Positions 21,890-33,666 of a stretch of DNA of 64,000 bases are shown here, piece by piece. Position numbers and translations under genes: made by a program. This DNA is from Octopus sinensis (taxonomy: Eukaryota): contig NC_043023.1 in NCBI RefSeq assembly GCF_006345805.1, positions 20,088,001-20,152,000 on the forward strand, given 5' to 3'. The notes beneath the pieces were generated by a model. It was not told the DNA's origin. It searched no databases and was given only the letters and a program-made list of their open reading frames with translations. Position 1 is the first letter of the stretch. Each line of letters starts with the position of its first letter.

Positions 21890-22161
21890 GATGGCTGTCC
21901 ACTCGTGACTGAGGAAGACCATTGCCGACCTTCAGGAACATTGTGCGCTCTAGGAGTAACTTATATTTTGCATTTGCGGCTCCGTTGGTGGCTAATGAGC
22001 CCTGCTCTTGACAAGCATACACAACTGCAAACATTGCAGACCAAGCTTTCCCCATTCACTATACGAGCCGTGCGCTTTTGTGCAGCTCACTTAAGTTCTT
22101 CATGCTGGATACGTGCTCTCTCAAAAGTGTCGATCCCCTCCTTAACCTGCTTCCTCCATCT
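21888..22161 (-). mobile_element. Second copy of the 274-bp RTE zinc-finger 3' end
   Basis: Near-identical to 11554-11827, with the same end points. Confidence 0.8.
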
Positions 22162-22340
22162 TTACTACCCACAAGGGGCTAAACACAGAGGGGACAAACA
22201 AGGACAGACAAACGGATTAAGTCGATTACATCGACCCCAGTGTGTAACTGGTACTTATTTAATCGACCCCGAATTTGAACTCAGAATGTAACGGGGGACG
22301 AAATATGGCTACGCATTTCGCCCGGCGTGCTAACGACTCT
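22162..22340 (-). mobile_element. tRNA-derived SINE of a third family, internally deleted (relatives near 46200-46400 and 48940-49430)
   Basis: GGCGGCGAGCTGGCAGA..GTTAGCACGCC...GAGTTCAAATTC head; GGGGTCGAT.AA.TAAGTACCAG body. Confidence 0.7.
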
Positions 22341-22358
22341 GCCAGCTCGCCGCCTTCA

Positions 22359-22396
<38 letters not shown>

Positions 22397-22426
22397 GTAT
22401 ATATATATGTATATACACACATAAGT

Positions 22427-22599
22427 GAAGGCGCATGGCTCAGTGGTTAGAGCGTCGAGCTTACGACCATGAGGTTGTGAGCTCGAATCCCGGACCGGGC
22501 TGCGTGTTGTGTTCTTGAGCAAGGCACTTTATTTCACGTTGCTCCAGTTCACTCAGCTGTAGAAATGAGTTGCGACGTCTCTGGTGCCAAGCTGTACGG
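22427..22599 (+). mobile_element. CORE-type tRNA-derived SINE (another copy at 35500-35800)
   Basis: GCATGGCTCAGTGGTTAGAGC...CTCGAATCCC head, then CTTGAGCAAG.CACTT...CAGTTCACTCAGCTGTAGAAATG resembling the CORE domain. Confidence 0.7.
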
Positions 22600-22699
22600 N
22601 NNNNNNNNNNNNNNNNNNNNNNNNNNNNNNNNNNNNNNNNNNNNNNNNNNNNNNNNNNNNNNNNNNNNNNNNNNNNNNNNNNNNNNNNNNNNNNNNNNN
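22600..22699. other. Assembly gap (100 N)
   Basis: Run of n. Confidence 1.
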
Positions 22700-22879
22700 T
22701 GTATATTTCGTTTGTCACTGTTATTTATGACATATTTCATCTCAGTTATGTTTGTATGAAAAACGAGTCTATCTGAAACATGTTTACTTCATGGCACCAC
22801 CAGAATCGTTCGTGCATTTCTACTGGTTTTAGTTATGTTTTTTCCTGTTTTTCAGCTACTATTTTCGCTAAGACTTTTT

Positions 22880-23840
22880 TAACCCTAACCCTAAAACCTT
22901 AGCCCTGACACTAAAACCCTAGCCCTAACACTAAAACCTTAACTCTAACCCTAAAACCCTAACCCTAACCCTAAAACCTTAGCCCTGACACTAAAACCCT
23001 AGCCCTAACACTAAAACCTTAACTCTAACCCTAAAACCCTAACCCTAACCCTAAAACCTTAGCCCTGACACTAAAACCCTAGCCCTAACACTAAAACCTT
23101 AACTCTAACCCTAAAACCCTAACCCTAACACCTTAGCCCTGACATTAAAACCCTAGCCCTAACACTAAAACCTTAACTCTAACCCTAAAACCCTAAACCT
23201 AACCCTAAAACCTAGCCCTGACACTAAAACCCTAGCCCTAACACTAAAACCTTAACTCTAACCCTAAAACCCTAACCCTAAACCTAACCCTAAAACCTTA
23301 GCCCTGACATTAAAACCCTAGCCCTAACACTAAAACCTTAACTCTAACCCTAAAACCCTAAACCTAACCCTAAAACCTTAGCCCTGACACTAAAACCCTA
23401 GCCCTAACACTAAAACCTTAACTCTAACCCTAAAACCCTAAACCTAACCCTAAAACCTTAGCCTTGACATTAAAACCCTAGCCCTAACACTAAAACCTTA
23501 ACTCTAACCCTAAAACCCTAACCCTAACACCTTAGCCCTGACACTAAAACCCTAGCCCTAACACTAAAACCTTAACTCTAACCCTAAAACCCTAAACCTA
23601 ACCCTAAAACCTTAGCCCTGACACTAAAACCCTAGCCCTAACACTAAAACCTTAACTCTAACCCTAAAACCCTAACCCTAACACCTTAGCCCTGACATTA
23701 AAACCCTAGCCCTAACACTAAAACCTTAACTCTAACCCTAAAACCCTAAACCTAACCCTAAAACCTTAGCCCTGACACTAAAACCCTAGCCCTAACACTA
23801 AAACCTTAACTCTAACCCTAAAACCCTAACCCTAACACCT
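22880..23840 (+). repeat. Telomere-like (TAACCC-derived) minisatellite with a 20-bp monomer and 80-bp higher-order repeat
   Basis: TAAAACCT-TAGCCC-TGACAC / TAAAACCC-TAGCCC-TAACAC / TAAAACCT-TAACTC-TAACCC / TAAAACCC-TAACCC-TAACCC, about 12 times. Confidence 0.9.
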
Positions 23841-24529
23841 TAAAGCTAAAACCAGTACAAACGCATGAACGATGTCATAAATAACAACAACAAACGAAAT
23901 ATATACCACCAGTTGTTGTTGACAAACATCATCATCATCATCATCCTTTAACGTCTGCTTTGCATGCTAGCATGGGTTAGCAGTAATTTTATTCAGCTGA
24001 ATACACATCATTGATTGGTTGAAATTACTGAAATACGACAAATTTAACACGAAATAACTTTGTAAATATAAACTTTTCTCAAAAACGCTAAGAGTAAAAG
24101 ATGTTTTATACGACACATTCTACCAGAATACGAAGTTTGAAAGTGTTTAGTTACAAGAAATTATTTTCTAAATCTGCCGGTCGAAAGGTAAAGATCCGGA
24201 TTTGGTTACTAATTCTAGCAGATCTCTCTATCACCTGTAGACCCCTTTACTGGTTTGGTTCCCTCATTGTTCTAGATAAACTGTGGAAATAAAGACAAAC
24301 TTTGAAATTTCATTTGTTGTTGTTGTTGTTGTTGTTGTTGTAAGTCCCAGCATCTCCCTAAACACTTCCATTGTTATATAGACAGTTTAAATATCCTGTG
24401 GAATTTTTCAAAAAACGAAAGTTGTAAATTCCATTTAGTGAAACTTACTTAAAATGCACATTTTTTCAAGTAGAACCTCCTTGTGGACACAATTGTCAGT
24501 CAATATACAGTTTCTATTTGTCTCAGCCA

Positions 24530-25290
24530 ATATTTTTACATTAGCCTTCATCCAAAATCTAGAAAAGGAAACTTACAGCTGACCACGGGAGAAGAATTGC
24601 GTTGGAAGATATATTCTGCTTGGTTTAAATGTCTGTCCCTGTGCCTTGCTGCATGTCAAGGCAGAGACTGGTTCCACAGGAAATTGTTTATGTGGTAACT
24701 GTGAATGGGAACTCCAGTCATTGAGACCCATGCGGAATCCTTGAGATTACCAGCATTGATCCTGCAGAAGGACCACAAGCAACCTCAGCCACAATAATAA
24801 GATCGTGCAAGCAGATAATAACGTAGCCTGTGTCATTGCAATGGCCTTGTTTAACATCTAAATTCTTCGAAAACCTAATGCAGCCTCTTGTCTTTCAGGT
24901 TAGGATATGTCCATTGAAAACCTGATGGTAGGAGTTTGTTGATGAATTTGATTAGGTACAGAGCTTCGTTATCAACTGTATCTGAGCTTTCTGTATATCT
25001 TTACCTCGCCAGGGATCCTGGTCAACATGAATTCATTCACAAATTGTGATATTTCATTTGTTGGAGTAATGGTCTGTTTGCAAGCCACACGGGGTCTGTG
25101 AAGTTATTTGCAAGGTCAGCCTCTACAAAATCACTTGGAATTAAAGACAAAGTTTGTAAGTCAGGTTGATTTTGAATGCACCTAGACTTTGTTCGACAGA
25201 AATGTCACTATTTCCTACATCTCTCTTTCATCAGAATGATCTTTTGTAAAAAGTCTTAGATTGGTTGTCAACTTCACTACTTGCACCAAA
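24530..25290 (-). pseudogene. Degenerate Helitron PIF1-like helicase C-terminal region
   Basis: VVKLTTNLR...DPVWLANR...RIPGEVKIY...HKQFPVEPVSALTCSKAQGQTF...FSRGQL*VSFSR corresponds to the QFPxxxAxTIxKSQGQT..HGQLYVAxSR motifs; stops and frameshifts. Confidence 0.75.
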
Positions 25291-25299
25291 TCCTCATAT

Positions 25300-25720
25300 A
25301 ATAATAATAATAATGAAATTATTGTATACAGTGCTCAGGTGCGCCACAACTTGTCAGACAGTGCATATAAAGTATATGCAGTAATGTACAAATGTCTGGA
25401 AAGCGAATAATGTATGAGTCAGATACATGCTTGTGTGTGTATGGAGGGGAGAAAATCAGGTGTAGTGTTGGCAAATCTCAGAAAGCATGGAAGTTTTAAA
25501 GGATGCAGTGCTCCGACAACCAACAACTGATACCGGCAGTTTGTTCCATGCTTCAGCAACTCTCAGCGTGAAAAAATGTTTCCTAAAGTCATGGGAGCTG
25601 TGCTGTTTTCTGACTTTGTAAACATGTCCACAGGTGGAGTTTGAAAAGGTGCTCAGAGTTATTGTTTGTAAGATGGTTAATAATTTTAGGGGTGTCTGTC
25701 AAGTCAGCTGCCAGACGTCG
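25300..25720 (-). mobile_element. CR1 LINE 3' end
   Basis: RKHFFTLRVAEAWNKLPVSVVGCRSTASFK; (ATT)n tail at about 25300. Confidence 0.8.
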
Positions 25721-25860
25721 GAGTTTCAATGTGTGTATTTGAATTTTTCTTGTTATATATCACATTTAAACACACATTTTTATTCTGATGTTTAATCTTA
25801 TATCTCACATTCTGTATTTCTCATATACTTGATTTTACATGATTGATGTATATATACTAA

Positions 25861-26705
25861 CTAGCAGAATTGCCCGGCGTTGCTCGGGGCTCAATTGCTT
25901 GAAAGTACTGTTAATGATTGCACTGAATTATGATGATTATTCAGGCAAATATTGATATAAGCTTACGGTGGGAGATAAGGACTTAACGATCAAACGTGTG
26001 CCATTGCATTGTTTTGGGGGAACCAAATTTCTGATGAGCATTACCGGGGCACCAACTTTAAGTTTGAGAAAATGTGGTGGTAGTCCGGGGTGCTCAAAGG
26101 AATTGAGTACCTCTATTGGATAGTTGATGACGTCCTCTGGGTCAGGAGTTGTATCGATAGACTGATATACATAGACTTCCCCAGGAATGAGTTTTAGCAT
26201 TTCATCATTAATATGGTGAACAGTTTTATTCCTCGGGGCCAGTATAGCCTTTTTGCCAATCCAATCCATATTCTGATAATTAGCTTGTAGATCTGGGAAC
26301 ACTGCATCTCTGAGATCAGAAGGCGTCTTAACAATGTTACAAATGGAATCGATGGCAATATTACCATTTTCATCCCCTGGTATTTTGCCTTCGCCAAGTG
26401 CAAGGAGGGTGTGAGGAAATGCCGCTGATGTGATATTACGTCGCATATGAGCACGCATATTGGTGTGAAGTTTGAGAGTTACTTCCCTTTATTAAAAAAA
26501 TATGCATTAAAATGGAAAAAAATGATGGTAAATTATTTGTAAAATCATAGACTCATCGTAGACGCGCGCTAATACCCAGAAGGGCTCGATATGAATCACG
26601 ACTATAAGATACCCGGTTTTGGTTAAACTGCATCGCAAAATGTGGGAGTAGTTAGGAATCTAAATCGGAGTAGACAGACACACAACCTTTCTTTTATATA
26701 TAAAT
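25861..26705 (-). mobile_element. Non-autonomous Helitron (5' module B) carrying a stop-free PIF1 helicase fragment (25937-26485)
   Basis: EVTLKLHTNMRAH...KAILAPRN...YPIEVLNSFEHPGLPPHFLKLKVGAPVMLIRNL.P.KQCNGTRLIV; 3' CCCGAGCAACGCCGGG plus CTAG|T. Confidence 0.88.
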
Positions 26706-27050
26706 ATTTTCATCCTAAAAAACTTTGTATGGATTGAATGGTTACCTCTATGGAAATATATACACGCACATTATACATACATGTGTGTATAGATGAATAT
26801 ATAAATACATTTAAATATCTATATACACTTTTGGGCGATCTTTCTGTTTATTAGAGATAACTTTAGATCTTATTTTCGTCCTAAAAAACTTTGTATGGAG
26901 TGAATGGTTACCTCTATGGAAATATATACACACACATTATACATACATCTGTGTATAGATGAATATATAAATACATTTAAACATCTATATACACTTTTGG
27001 GCGATCTTTCTGCTACTTGGATATAGGTCTTATATTCGTCCTAAAAAACT
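26706..27050 (+). repeat. Tandem duplication, about 160-166 bp unit, about 2.1 copies
   Basis: CCTAAAAAACTTT at 26714, 26880 and 27040. Confidence 0.85.
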
Positions 27051-27764
27051 TTCCTGTCACACACTCACGCACACGCACACACACACACACACACGCACCC
27101 TCACACACACACACACGCACACATACACACACTCACACACACGCACACACACACGTTAGCTTACAATTTTATTTATATATTTGCGTGTCTATGTGTGTAA
27201 AGAGGAAGTGGCAGAGTGAAAGAGTCACTCAGTACAAAAAGTGAATTACTTTCACTTTATTCGTTGCACACTGTGTGTGTGCATGTGCGTGTGGTGTAGG
27301 CCACACTAAGAAAAGCATTTGACTTATACACCACAATGTGAGTTTTCTCTAAATTTTGCTTAATTGGGGTTGAAATTTTAAAAACTGGACCTGGCACGAC
27401 CCGATGCATTCTACTGTTAAAAATGCTAGGTAAATTGTAATTGAAGAAATCCTATATTGTAGATTTCTATAAGAGACAAAGGGAGGCAGATAAAATCTGC
27501 CTTTTATAATAAGAGATTCATATTTATAATGTATAATTTATAAATTTTAATTCTTTAATTTTAATTTCAAAGTATCATTTTTCTTCTTAATTTTTAATCT
27601 TTAATGCTTAATTGTATTGCGTATTTTTAAAGGGATGTAAAATTAGATATATAATATTTTGAAATAGAACCTGAAGATGTGTTGGAATAATTGTAAATCT
27701 GACAATTGCATATATGTATTTATATATGTATATATATGGGTATACAGTTGTGTATATGTATGTA

Positions 27765-28586
27765 TATTGCTGATGACCTTGCTCTAATTGCTGAGTCACT
27801 ATCAGAACTGGAGAAGTTTCAGGTGTGGAAACAAGGATTAGAATCGAAGGGGCCTTAGAATCAACCTAGCTAAAACTGAAGTCCTAATAAGTAGGAAGGC
27901 AAACAAATCACAAACGCCTTCAGGTAGATGGCCCTGCTCAATCTGTAGAAAAGGCGTAGGTAGAAACTCTATAAGATGCACCAAGTGTAAGCTATGGACA
28001 CATAAGAGGTGCAGCAATGTCAAAGGAAGGCTAACTAGGAAGATAGCATTAGTATGTGGCAGATGCTCAGGAGCAATAAACATTGAAAATGCTCTGAGAC
28101 CAACTTCTGCCACTTTCCAGGGAGAAAAACTAGAAGTAGTTGATAGCTTCCGTTACCTAGGTGACCAAGTCAGTAGCGGGTGTGGGTGTGCTGAAAGTGT
28201 AGCTGCTAGAGTAAGAATAGCCTGGGCAAAGTTCAGAGAGCTCTTACCTCTGCTGGTGACCAAAGGCCTCTCGCTCAGAGTAAAAGGCAGACTGTATGAC
28301 GCATGTGTACAAACAGCCATGCTACATGGCAGTGAAACTTAGGCCGTGACTGCTGAGGATATGCGTAAGCTCGCAAGAAATGCAGCCAGTATGCTCCAAT
28401 GGATGTGTAATGTCAGTGTTCATACTCGACAGAGTGTAGGTACCTTGAGAGAAAAGTTGGACCTAAGAAGCATCAGTTGTGTTGTGCAAGAGAGACATTT
28501 GCACTGGTATGGTCATGTGTTGAGAATGGGTGAAGATAGTTGTGTGAAAAAGTGCCACACCCTGGCAGTTGAGGGAACCTGTGGAA
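27765..28586 (+). mobile_element. RTE LINE fragment (RT C-half with PHD-like insert)
   Basis: ADDLALIAESLSEL...GLRINLAKTEVL...VDSFRYLGD...LHWYGHVLRM. Confidence 0.9.
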
Positions 28587-29106
28587 ACCAATGTTTGAAG
28601 GGATAGAATCTGCGGATAGTAGAGTCACCATGGCTGGCATTTCTTAACGACAGACAGCAACATAGTGGCAGTTTAACGGCTGGCATAAAATTTTGAACTT
28701 GATGTAGAAGAAAATTCCTAAACACCAAGCTTTGAATTGATTCTTTCTCACGACAGTGGACTCACCATGGCAAGCATTTAAATCTTCTTCATCATGGACG
28801 GCAACACATTGACGATTTAAAGACTGGCACAAATTTTGATGCAACAGAGAATTCCCAAACACCCGCTCCTGTAAATTTTAATCCCCTCCTAGCCCCATTA
28901 GACCCCTTTTCATATTTTGGTTAATATAACCTGATTTCATTCAGGTTTACTTGGGCCACATTTTATGAAGAATTTTGTCCTAGAGGTCATGCCTTTCATT
29001 TGAGGAATATAATAGTTGCCATGCAAACTCGCCTGCACTTTTAACATAGGTGTGCATATTTTCAGCTCAACCGACCACATAATGCACACATTATATATAT
29101 ATATGT

Positions 29107-29138
<32 letters not shown>

Positions 29139-29160
29139 CATTATATATACAAATGTATAC

Positions 29161-29202
<42 letters not shown>

Positions 29203-30373
29203 AATACAGATATATGCACTTTATATATATACATTATATATACATATATATATATAGAACACACACACACACACACATATAAATTAACACAATAAATATC
29301 TGATTCATAATATTTGTTCCCATGATTTGTGTGGTGGTGATGGCCATAATAAAACTCTCTATGAATGCAGACAGACATACAGAGAGAGGGAGACTGGGGG
29401 GGGGGAAGAGGGACAGCGCTGGCGAAGGCAGCTGGGGGAAAGATAGTAGTATCTGTCAAACGTTGTTATAGAGAGAATGTGATGGGAAGGGAGGAAAGAG
29501 AGAGAGAGATGGAGGAAGACATGTAGATAAGAGGATGAGAGGAGACTTGTCAAAGTGTGCGTTTTTCGCCCAAGTAACCACATCCTTTTAAGATAGGGAT
29601 TTCTAACTTAGCCCAGTCGCATCCTCACCTCATTTTATACGTCCCTGTAAATTTTGGAGTCAATCCGACGGGATCTAGTGGCCTTTAACCTGTTCCAATG
29701 CCTAAACCAGACAAAAACTTTTCACATTTCAGAATTATAATATATAGATATATATAAATTAGAAAAAAAACCCACCTTTTATCAATTCAATAATGAAAAA
29801 TGAAATTATACCATCTAGAAAATTACATATTATAGAAAGATTAAATAGAAAATAGAAAATATAACGATGGTTAAGTAATTTGCAGGTGGCTGAGTGCTCC
29901 ACAGACATGTATGCTCTTAATGTAGATCTGGGGGAGAGTCATTGTGACACAGAATGTGACAAGGCTGGCCCCTTTGAAATTACCGGTGCGTCTCATGTTT
30001 GCCAGCTGAGTGAAGTGGAGCAATGTGAAATAAAGTGTCTTGCTCAAGGATACAGCACATCGCCAGGAATTGAACTCACAATTTTATGATTGTGGACTGA
30101 ACACACTAACCTCAAGCCATCACCTTCACGTGTGTGTGGTTAGATGCTTGATTACCAGCTACATGGTTCCGGGTTCAGTCCCACTGTGTGACACCTTGGG
30201 TAAATGTCTTCTACTATAGCCTCAGGCCGCCCAAAGCGTTGTGAATGGATTTGGTAGACGGAAACTGAAAGAAGCCCGTCGTATATATGTATGTATATAT
30301 ATATATTTTTACTTGTTTCAGTCATTTTGACTGCAGCCATGCTGGAGCACCGCCTTTAATCGAGCAACTCAAT

Positions 30374-31436
30374 TTTCTTTCAAGCCTATGCATGTCCTCT
30401 GCAGTCACAGCCCATGTTTCACTACCGTGAAGCATAGCAGTTCACACACGTGCATCATACAATCTACCTTTCGCTCTGAGGGAGAGACCCTTTGTCGCCA
30501 GTAGGGGTAGGAGCTTTCTAAACTTTACCCAGTCTATTCGTATTCTAGTGGTGACAATCTCTGAGCATCTACCCCTACTACTAATTTGGTCACCTAGGTA
30601 GTGGAAACTATCAACTACTTCTAGTGTCTCCCCCTGGAGTGTGATGGAATCTGTTTTCTGAGTATCTGTGGTGTCTATTGCCCCTGTGCATCTGCCGCAC
30701 ATGAAAGCTACACATGACAGTGTGTAAGCGCCCTGAGAGAAATGCTGGACATAAGAAGCATCGGATGTGGCATGCAAAAGAGACATTTGAGTTGGTATGG
30801 TCATGTACTATGGATGGATGAGGAGAGATGTATGAAGAAGTGCCACTCCCAAACAGTTGAAGGAATCCGGGGTAGAGGTAGACCCAGGAAGACATGGGAT
30901 GAGGTGGTCAAGCATGACCTTCGAATGTTGGGCCTCACAGAAGCAATGACAAAAGACCGAGACCTCTGGAGATATGCTGTGACTGCAAAGACCCGACAAA
31001 TAATGTGAGTTCATGGCTGTTTCCTGCACCAGCTTCACATAGAAGCCCCAGCCCATCCAAAGTACCATGGATCACAGAATGGCCTGCTGTGCTTACCTTG
31101 AATCGTAGGGTGACCTGCTGTGCTCGAGGAGACCCATTGAGGCAAGTGCATCAACATCAAAATAAAAATCAAATGGAAATTGTAGTTCTGATACCCATGC
31201 CAGTGGCAAGTGAAAAGCACCAACCGATCGTGGCCATTACCAGCCTCCTCTGTTGGTGGCATGTAAAAAGCACCCACTACACTTATGGAGTGGTTGGCAT
31301 TATGAAGGGCATCCAGCTGTAGAAACACTGCCAGATCAGACTGGGGCCTGATGCAGCCTCCTGGCTTCCCAGACCCCAGTTGAACCGTCCAACCCATGCT
31401 AGCATGGAAAACGGACGTTAAACGATGATGATGATG

Positions 31437-31438
<2 letters not shown>
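30374..31438 (+). mobile_element. RTE insertion with an inverted 5' segment (30374-~30715 minus; ~30716-31438 plus) and a (TGA)n tail
   Basis: The minus part reads ...CGRCTG...VDSFHYLGD...AEDMHRLER; the plus part reads QCVSALREMLDIRS...GRGRPRKTW...3'UTR. Confidence 0.8.
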
Positions 31439-31467
<29 letters not shown>

Positions 31468-31506
31468 ATATATATAATATATATATATATATATAATATA
31501 TATTAT

Positions 31507-31539
<33 letters not shown>

Positions 31540-32131
31540 GCAAAACATTCAAACACTGAGATTTGAAATCAGATGTCGCTACTATTCACATCATCTGTGG
31601 ATAAATTTTTAAATTGATGATATCACCAGCAGCGACACAGGTGGATCGCAGGTGCAACAGCATTAAATAGCTATGATTTATATATTTGCTCAGTCTCACT
31701 GTGTGGCCCCCTTGTAATTATTTTATCGGTCTCTTTTGCTGAACTGCTAAGTTACAGGTACATAAGCACACCAGCATCGGTTGTCAAGCGATGCTGGAGA
31801 GACAAACAAACACACACACACGCACTGTCCATTGTACACCCTGATGACATTCAGTCCAAGCTATTTAAAATGCCAAATTATATATTTATATATCATCATC
31901 ATCGTTTAACGTCCGTTTTCCGCGCTAACACGGGTTGGACGGTTCGACCGGGGTCTGGGAAGCCAGGGGCTGCTCCAGGCTCCAGTCTGATCTGGCAGAG
32001 TTTCTATGGCTGGATGCCCTTCCTAACGCCTACAATATGTTTTGTAATTTTAATTATGTTTATGAAATGAAACAATTGTAGGTGAATATGTTAATTAATT
32101 AACAAATTGATTTGTATCCATTAGATATCTT

Positions 32132-32470
32132 TGGAGAAGACTTTTACGGATTCCATGGACAGCGAGGCTCACCAATGGAGAAGTACTTAAGCAGATCAGG
32201 CCGAAAATGTCGCAAGAAGCTTGGATCACCAAGCATAGATTGGCACATTTCAGTCATATTATGAGGAGAAAATCCCTGGAGAAGGACATCATGCTTGGAA
32301 TGGTCAGTGTGGCAAGAGAGGAAGAGGCTGACCAAGAACCCACTGGCTTGACACTATCAAGAGTGACACGGGAATGGCCATAGCCAATCTGAAAGAAGCG
32401 GCCCAGGATAGAACTGACTGGAGGACACTGATCCAACGAGTGACCGAGAGTCGACTTCGACTAAGCGAAT
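32132..32470 (+). mobile_element. BovB-like RTE 3' end followed by (GATA)n (32480-32790)
   Basis: WRRLLRIPWTARLTN...HIMRRKSLEKDIMLG...WLDTIKSD...DRTDWRTLIQRVTESRLRLSE; one frameshift. Confidence 0.75.
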
Positions 32471-32550
32471 GGACAGACAGATAGACAGACAAATAGATAG
32501 ATAGATAGAAAGAAAGATAGGTATATAGATAGATAGGAAGATAGATAGGG

Positions 32551-32597
<47 letters not shown>

Positions 32598-32794
32598 CAC
32601 ACACTGATAGATAGATAGACAGACAGACACACACTGATAGATAGATAGACAGATAAATAGATAGACAGATAGATAGATAGATAGGTAGATTGATAGATAG
32701 ATAGATAGACACACACACACTGATAGATAGATAGATAGACAGACAGACACACACTGATAGATAGATAGACAGATAGATAAATAGATAGATATGT

Positions 32795-33497
32795 TTCTTT
32801 ATTAGCCACACAGGGCTGCACACAGATAGAACAAATTACAAGGTAGAGCTTTTCTTTTGAAGGTTTAAAAAAAAAAAAAAAAAAAAAGGAAGGGGGAGTT
32901 TCGATCAAAAGGGATCGTAAAAGGAGAGAAAGAGGACAAAAAAAAGGGGGGTTAAAAAAAAAAGGGGGAGAGGAAAAAAAAATTGATCAATAGGGATCGT
33001 TATCACAGAAATGTCAATATGAAGTGTAAAGGGGAGGACAGGTGAGGTTTACCCGTGGAAAGAAAAGCCTACGGAAAAGACCACGGTAACCTCGGTCAAT
33101 GAAGTCACATTTTATATTTCTTTTTTTTTTTTTTTTTTTTGCAAATAAGCAACTCTCTGTTTTCGATTTCTGGGTTCATAGGACTATGCTCAAGTGGCTT
33201 CGTCATTCATACGTGCCATTCTTGCTACATTCACCCATCTTTTTTTAAAACATTCGCTAGACAAAACTTGCCTCTCTACTCTCACTTTCCTTTTCAAGTG
33301 GTACTTGAAGAAGTTGATGAGAGATTGACCAGAGAGGAAAGTGTTTGTCTCCAATCCTTTCAGACGCGTCCACCAGATACATTCTTTCGCAATAGCCACA
33401 AGGATGATGAAATTAGCTCTTCCTTCCCGTTTGAAGGAAGGAGGCGTGACAATATTGACGATAGACTCAGCTGATAAACCGACTCGTCCCACACGTG

Positions 33498-33500
<3 letters not shown>
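32795..33500 (-). mobile_element. L1/Tx1-like LINE 3' end
   Basis: FIILVAIAKECIWWTR...FFKYHLKRKVRVER...FKKRWV, then a T/A-rich 3'UTR. Confidence 0.6.
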
Positions 33501-33535
<35 letters not shown>

Positions 33536-33622
33536 GTAGATAGGTAGATAGATAGATAGATAGACAGACACACACTGATAGATAGATAGATATATAAGAA
33601 GATAGATAGACAGACACACACT

Positions 33623-33666
<44 letters not shown>

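Noticed and set aside
22880-23840. True telomere or chromosome end
   Set aside because: The repeat is internal, degenerate with a fixed higher-order pattern, and bounded on both sides by inverted flanks.
24565-24580. Minus-strand GTAAGT as a donor for a CSRP 5'UTR exon
   Set aside because: It falls in the GQL*VS motif of the Helitron helicase relic; there is no independent exon evidence. The CSRP first exon was not located.
25195-25245. Minus-strand CTGATGA...GAAA
   Set aside because: No helix II or helix I complementarity; lies in the helicase relic's coding frame.
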